Shown here: positions 60,511 through 64,000 of the stretch, piece after piece
Layout: every line of letters starts with the position of its first letter
Position numbering within the stretch: position 1 is the first letter of the stretch
Source of the DNA: Patescibacteria group bacterium
Lineage (GTDB): Bacteria; Patescibacteriota; Patescibacteriia; Patescibacteriales; BM507
Reading direction: 5' to 3'
Assembly (NCBI GenBank): GCA_027858235.1
Contig: JAQIDC010000036.1
Coordinates: forward strand, 10,664-74,663
Length of the DNA: 64,000 nt
Made by a program: the position numbers and the translations under genes
Notes under the pieces: model-generated
Database searches by the model: none
What the model was told of the DNA's origin: nothing
The model's input: the letters and a program-made list of their open reading frames with translations, nothing else

Positions 60511-61263
60511 TTAAATTAAAGTAGAAATATAAAATAGTAGAAATAAGACTGGTTGGTGAGCTAAATATACAAACAAGGAGTTCTTTCCCAAATAAGACAT
60601 ACTTTTTGACACAAAGTTGTTGTTTTCAAAATTGAATATATATAACCTATCACTACCCTTGTAAAACAATTGCGCCCAGAAAATGCCAAACAATACTATT
60701 CCAAACCAAGGAAATATTGGAAAATAATCTAATGTTGAAAAATTTTCTGGGATGAAACCAAAAGGTAATACAAGGTGAATGACGAAGTCAGAGAGGGTGG
60801 CCTGGGCCAAATAAGAAAAATCAAAATAGTTATTTTTCAATATCCCCCCGCCAACAATAAACAAAACACCAATAAATAAATTTAGATACCTTAGTTTAAT
60901 AAAAAAATAAGAGAGAACAATTGCTACACCTATGAAATGTAGTATTCCAAATATTATGTATTCACTGGGAAATATAATTCTTGTAACGATGGTTATTAAG
61001 ACCCCAAAAGAAAAAACTTTCAAACCTCTTTTTAAAAACGTTCTAAACTCTGGATTGGATTTTTGAGAACTCAAGAATGACGAAACACCAACCAAAAATA
61101 TAAACAGAGAAGCAGTCAAGGTTTGAAATATTTTCCAAAAACCAAAACCAAAATTGACTTCAACGCTATAAAAATAATTCAAATCCCAAACAAAATGAAA
61201 AACGACCATCATAAGAATAGCCACCCCTCTCATAAAATCAATTTCCCAAAATCTTTTAGACAT
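60511..61263 (-). CDS. DUF1624/HGSNAT-like membrane acyltransferase
   Basis: IDFMRGVAI, FGILHFIG, DYFPIFPW, LGKNSLFVYLAHQP. Confidence 0.88.
   Translation of the reverse strand: MSKRFWEIDFMRGVAILMMVVFHFVWDLNYFYSVEVNFGFGFWKIFQTLTASLFIFLVGVSSFLSSQKSNPEFRTFLKRGLKVFSFGVLITIVTRIIFPSEYIIFGILHFIGVAIVLSYFFIKLRYLNLFIGVLFIVGGGILKNNYFDFSYLAQATLSDFVIHLVLPFGFIPENFSTLDYFPIFPWFGIVLFGIFWAQLFYKGSDRLYIFNFENNNFVSKSMSYLGKNSLFVYLAHQPVLFLLFYISTLI
60770..60811 (+). repeat. 42-bp dispersed element, copy B, in frame inside the DUF1624 gene
   Basis: acaaggtgaatgacgaagtcagagagggtggcctgggccaaa; encodes LAQATLSDFVIHL on the minus strand. Confidence 0.9.
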
Positions 61264-61264
61264 A

Positions 61265-61855
61265 TTATTTTTTTATTTCCTCAACTATCTCGGGAAAATG
61301 CTCTTGATGAAAATGACCTCGGTCTTTGTATGTATGTATCTTGGCATTTGGTAAATCTCTCCTGTAATATTCGACTTCTTTATATGGCACTAATAAATCA
61401 TCCTCACTTTGATGTAAGTGAATATCTTCGCACTGCTCAGAAACACCGTCCAATGTCTGATTTAATGCAAAACTTCCTATTTTATCAGAACCTGAGTGCG
61501 GAGCTGCTACAAGAATAAGTTTTTTTATTTTTTTGGGAAAATTATTTTCAGACAAATACTTAACTAAAAATATACCTCCCATAGAATGTCCAACGAGAAC
61601 AACATCTTCTTGAATATAAGGGAATATTCTCTCAAACCATATTTTCCACTCCGCATATTTAGCATTGTCTTTATTCGGCATACGAGGAGCAAATACTTCA
61701 AAATCACTTCCCAATTCATCTGCCAAATTATCCTTCCATCCTCTCCATGATAAAAATGACTCAACAGTCACTTCTCTATTTTTTAGATAATTAATATATT
61801 CATCATAAGAATCAAATGAATTTGCCCCATGTATAACAATAACTTGTTTTTTCAT
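61265..61855 (-). CDS. RBBP9/YdeN-type alpha/beta hydrolase
   Basis: VIHG, GHSMG, SEDDLLVP, GHF. Confidence 0.88.
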   Translation of the reverse strand: MKKQVIVIHGANSFDSYDEYINYLKNREVTVESFLSWRGWKDNLADELGSDFEVFAPRMPNKDNAKYAEWKIWFERIFPYIQEDVVLVGHSMGGIFLVKYLSENNFPKKIKKLILVAAPHSGSDKIGSFALNQTLDGVSEQCEDIHLHQSEDDLLVPYKEVEYYRRDLPNAKIHTYKDRGHFHQEHFPEIVEEIKK

Positions 61856-61896
61856 ATTTTTAATTTATCTATAAATCCTCCTTTTATTATATCACA

Positions 61897-61923
61897 AAAA
61901 AAGACGCGTTTAAGCGTCTTTTT
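61897..61923. terminator. Terminator after GH5 gene
   Basis: aaaaaagacgc...gcgtctttttt. Confidence 0.8.
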
Positions 61924-61943
61924 CTATTTAAACTATCTTTTGT

Positions 61944-64000
61944 TTATTCCATCAAAGTCTCCTCAATATTATTAATTCCAGCCAACACAGCTTCTAGCTG
62001 TGCTGGGTCTGTTGAGAAATCATTCATTCCCGCTCTACTCCAATCATAATCAAGATGATTTAATCTAGCGTATTGGTCTTCTTCCCAAACATGAACTGAC
62101 CATCCCCAAATCTCGTCTGAATATTCTTTATTCATCAAATTCATCATATCAAGTAACCAAAGCTCCGCTCCTGGTGCTTCTCTATTCACGGCAAATTCGG
62201 CAAGATAAACTTGAACTCCATATTCCTTATAAAAATTACCTACAGTATCTGCAAAAAGATTATCAATCATTTCATAATTCCAAGTTGTTTCGCCATAATG
62301 CTCTTCGTCATAAGTTCCTGGATAAGCATTATATTCAACATTACCATACCAAGCCTCCTCTTGAATAGTAAACTGAATCGGTCTGTAGCCATGAACTGAT
62401 GCTGCTATATTTTCATCATTCAATACAGCTATAGATGGAATCCAATCAGATAATGATTCTGTTTTCCAGGAATATGCTGGAGTTGCAACTATTAAATGAG
62501 TATCATTATTTTCTCTAATTGTATCGATTAAGCTATCTTGTAAATCATACCAAAGATATCCTTTATCTTCATTTGGGTCATAGTCTGTTTTTGGTTCTGG
62601 TTCATTGAACAATTCATATACAACAGCTTCACTGTCTCTATCTTTCATTAATTGAGACAATTGATCCCAAACCGTAACAAGAAGCTCTCGATATTCTTCA
62701 CCGGCACTTATATTTTCTGCAACATCCCACATCCTAGTATCTTTTGGCTTGTCCTCTGAAATAAACCAACGATTTAATCCTGGAATTTCATGAACATCAA
62801 CAATAACTTTTATTCCATATTCTTTTCCTAATGCTAAAACTGAATTTAGCTTATCAATATTTTCAGGCAAGATGGTTCTTGATGAACTAGCTAAATTAAA
62901 ATCAACGCTCGGTTCTAGAAGATCACCATCCATTAGCATTAAACGAACAGTTGAGACGCCATTTTCAGAAAAATATTCAAAATCATTTCTACCTACTGTA
63001 TTATAAACAGTAACTCCACGATTATAATCTTCATAAGTTACTGGGTCTACAACTGGATCAACTATCGGATCCTCATCAACAGAGTCTTCAATTACTAGAT
63101 CTTCGTCAATTGGTTCGTCTCCATCAGGAATAACATCAAAAGCTTTTTTACCATACAATTCGAATCCTTCTCCTGTATCTAGATAATACCAAAATTCTAA
63201 GTGACCAGCTTGAGCATTATAATATGCTGGGAAAAAATTACTATAAGCCCAGCCAGCTCCAACGTTTTGCCAATCAGTATCATAAGTCCACATTAACTCT
63301 TCTCCGTTATGCAATTCGACTCTATATCTATGGTCAACATAAATATTTCTAACCTGTGCCATTAGATAAACGTTTTCGCCTTCGTTAAAAGTATTGCTTA
63401 CTTTTAGTGGTTTTAGATTCCAATGATCATTATCTCCTCCATGCTCCCACTCAGTGGCAGTCACAGCATGATCAAAAACTAATTCATCCATTTCTCCTTC
63501 AACTGAAAATGCCTTATTCTCAAGAAGTTTATAACCATCTCCGGTATTTATATAAATTCTAAATCTATAATTACCTGGTTGGGCATCAGAAAATGTTGGT
63601 AAGAAATTTGCATAGGTCCAACCTGTTCCAACTTCTCTCCATGGGGTTTCATACTCCCACAACATATCATCTCCCTTAAGAACCTCTACCTTCCATTGAT
63701 GGTTGCGATAAATATTCTTTACTTGAGATAGTGCAAAAATTGTTTCTCCTTTAGAAAAAACATTTTTTTGCCCAGTTGGTTTTATATCCCAATAAGCCCC
63801 TTCGTTCTCATCTCCATGTTCCCAACCAGAGCTTAAATATGTATGACGATAAGTGTGTTCTTCAAGATCTCCCACAACTCTAAAATCAGTGTTAGCAATA
63901 TTAAAAAATCCTACGCCTGTATCAATATACACCTTGAACTTATAATTTCCTGGTTGTGTATTAGTATAGCTTGGATAAAAATTACTATATTCCCATTTTT
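61944..64000 (-). CDS. GH5-family glycoside hydrolase with repeated N-terminal domains, 5' end outside window
   Basis: IVDVH, YELFNEP, YLAEF; frame stays open beyond 63932 (KWEYSNFYPSYTNTQPGNYKFKV). Confidence 0.87.
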   Translation of the reverse strand, partial: KWEYSNFYPSYTNTQPGNYKFKVYIDTGVGFFNIANTDFRVVGDLEEHTYRHTYLSSGWEHGDENEGAYWDIKPTGQKNVFSKGETIFALSQVKNIYRNHQWKVEVLKGDDMLWEYETPWREVGTGWTYANFLPTFSDAQPGNYRFRIYINTGDGYKLLENKAFSVEGEMDELVFDHAVTATEWEHGGDNDHWNLKPLKVSNTFNEGENVYLMAQVRNIYVDHRYRVELHNGEELMWTYDTDWQNVGAGWAYSNFFPAYYNAQAGHLEFWYYLDTGEGFELYGKKAFDVIPDGDEPIDEDLVIEDSVDEDPIVDPVVDPVTYEDYNRGVTVYNTVGRNDFEYFSENGVSTVRLMLMDGDLLEPSVDFNLASSSRTILPENIDKLNSVLALGKEYGIKVIVDVHEIPGLNRWFISEDKPKDTRMWDVAENISAGEEYRELLVTVWDQLSQLMKDRDSEAVVYELFNEPEPKTDYDPNEDKGYLWYDLQDSLIDTIRENNDTHLIVATPAYSWKTESLSDWIPSIAVLNDENIAASVHGYRPIQFTIQEEAWYGNVEYNAYPGTYDEEHYGETTWNYEMIDNLFADTVGNFYKEYGVQVYLAEFAVNREAPGAELWLLDMMNLMNKEYSDEIWGWSVHVWEEDQYARLNHLDYDWSRAGMNDFSTDPAQLEAVLAGINNIEETLME

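Noticed and set aside
1..64000. CRISPR array, rRNA, tRNA, integrase or transposase
   Set aside because: No regularly spaced direct repeats or recognisable motifs seen by eye; a covariance search was not possible

Overview
AT-rich bacterial chromosome segment, almost all genes on the minus strand, standard genetic code. Gene content and style (short HrcA, short ProRS, DUF5667 and GRELKM-type proteins, core genes without SD motifs) suggest a Patescibacteria/CPR (Parcubacteria-like) genome; this is inference. Core blocks: murJ-ackA-pduL-pfkB, a GldA/F/G-like ABC system, a CIRCE-controlled hrcA-grpE-hsp20-dnaK...dnaJ region, proS-mreBCD-mrdA, secDF, secA, hpf, rseP, frr, holB-like, dTDP-sugar genes, a P-type H+-ATPase, HU, a CsoR-family operon, an ECF sigma locus and a GH5 glycosidase. 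Most notable: a DUF3494 ice-binding protein with an LPSAG anchor next to a sortase, a NUDIX-GrpE fusion, SecD carrying parvulin domains, a large multi-sensor membrane protein with no catalytic output, and several families of tiny (20-80 bp) dispersed elements that sit in frame inside genes or supply stop codons. No rRNA, tRNA, CRISPR array or transposase was recognised. All family calls come from motif recognition by eye, not database searches.
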